DNA from: Mobula hypostoma
Lineage: Eukaryota
Direction: 5' to 3'
Assembly: GCF_963921235.1 (NCBI RefSeq)
Contig: NC_086098.1
Coordinates: 1,054,001-1,118,000 of the forward strand
Length of the DNA stretch: 64,000 nucleotides
Part shown: positions 62,758-64,000 of the stretch, in pieces
How positions within the stretch are numbered: position 1 is the first letter of the stretch
How the letters are laid out: each line of letters opens with the position of its first letter
Translations under genes and position numbers: made by a program
Notes under the pieces: generated by a model
Databases searched by the model: none
Told to the model about the DNA's origin: nothing
What the model saw: the letters and a program-made list of their open reading frames with translations, nothing else

Positions 62758-63845
62758 CAGAATCAGAATCAGGTTTATTATCACTGGCACGTGTCTTGAA
62801 ATTTGTTAACAGCAGCAGCAGTTCAATACAATACATAATATAGAAGAAAAAAATATAGCACATAAATAAATAAGTAAATCAATTATGGTACAGTATACAA
62901 ATATTGAATAGATTAAAAGTCGTGCAAAAATACAAATATATTAAGAAAGTGAGGTAGTGTTCTCAGGTTCAATGTCCATATAGGGATCAGAAGGCAGAGG
63001 GGAAGAAGCTGTTCCTGAATCGCTGAGTTCGTGCCTACAGGCTTCTGTACCTCCTACCTGATGGTAACAGTGGAAAAGAGTATAGTGCTGTGGGTCCTTA
63101 ATAATGAATGCTGCCTTTCTCAGGCACTGCTCCTTGAAGATGTCCAGAGTACTTTGTAGGCTAGTACCCAAGATGGAGCTGATTAAATTTATGACCCTCA
63201 GCAGTTTCTTTTTGTCCTGTGCAGTAGCCCCCGATACCAGACAGTGATGCAGCCTGTCAGAATGCTCTCCACGGTACAACTATGGACGTTTGAGTGTGGT
63301 TGTTGACATACCATATCTCTTCAAACTAACGAAGTACAGTCGTTGTCTTGCCTTTTTTATAGCTGCGTTAATATGTTGGGACCCTTTCAGTTCATCAGAG
63401 ATCTTGATACCCAGGAATTTGAAACTGCTCACTCTCTCCATTTCTGATCCCTCTATGAGGATTGGTATGTGTTCCTTTGTCTTACCCTTCCTGAAGTCCA
63501 CAATCAGCTCTTTTGTCTTACTGACATTGAGTGCTAGGTTGTTGTTGCAACACCACTCCATTAGCTGGTATATCTCACTCCTAAACGCCCTTTCATCTCC
63601 ATCTGAGATTCTGTCAATAATGGTTGTATCATCAGCAAATTTGGAGATAGTGTTTGAGCTATGCCTATCCACACAGTTATGGGTATAGACAGAGTAGAGC
63701 AGTGGGCTAAGCACACACCACTGAGGTGCACCAGTGTTGATTGTCAGCGAGGAGGGTATGTTATCACCAATCCGCACAGATTGTTGTCTTCCAGTTAGGA
63801 AGTTGAGAATCCAATTGCAGAGGAAGGCACAGAGGCTGAGGTTAG
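62757..63845 (-). mobile_element. Rex1/Babar 3' part
   Basis: [36 protein letters not shown]; (ATTCTG)n tail. Confidence 0.85.
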
Positions 63846-63940
63846 AAATAACATGGAAATATAGAAAACCTACAGCACAATACAGGCCCTTTGGCCTACA
63901 ATGCTGTGCCAAACATGTACTTACTTTAGAAATTTAAAGT

Positions 63941-64000
63941 AGTTGACTTTATTAACTTTGCCTCCAACTTTCACCCTGCCCTCAAGTTTACCTGGTACAT
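63941..64000 (+). mobile_element. Start of another Penelope-like copy (runs off the window)
   Basis: Nearly identical to 60077-60134. Confidence 0.8.

Overview
Vertebrate genomic DNA, very likely a cartilaginous fish (inferred from the CR1, Rex1, V-SINE and Penelope repertoire). The only host gene visible is FBXL4 on the + strand, with two consecutive coding exons (12866-13368 and 57055-57382) separated by a 43.7-kb intron. Almost everything else is a nested mosaic of transposons: many CR1 LINE fragments, Rex1/Babar LINEs, Penelope-like (GIY-YIG) elements, a full-length L1 with a 13-bp TSD, a BovB-like RTE, BEL/Pao and Gypsy LTR remnants, Tc1 and Tigger DNA transposons, and V-SINEs. The most notable hidden signals are four. 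(1) About a dozen minimal type-I hammerhead-ribozyme motifs lie in the Penelope termini. (2) These termini form a size series of inverted, TSD-bounded insertions going down to a 178-bp non-coding unit. (3) A fold-back Tc1 is built from two right halves. (4) Near-identical inverted Rex1 copies flank a coding exon. Boundaries of old degraded repeats are approximate, and family names come from motif recognition, not database searches.
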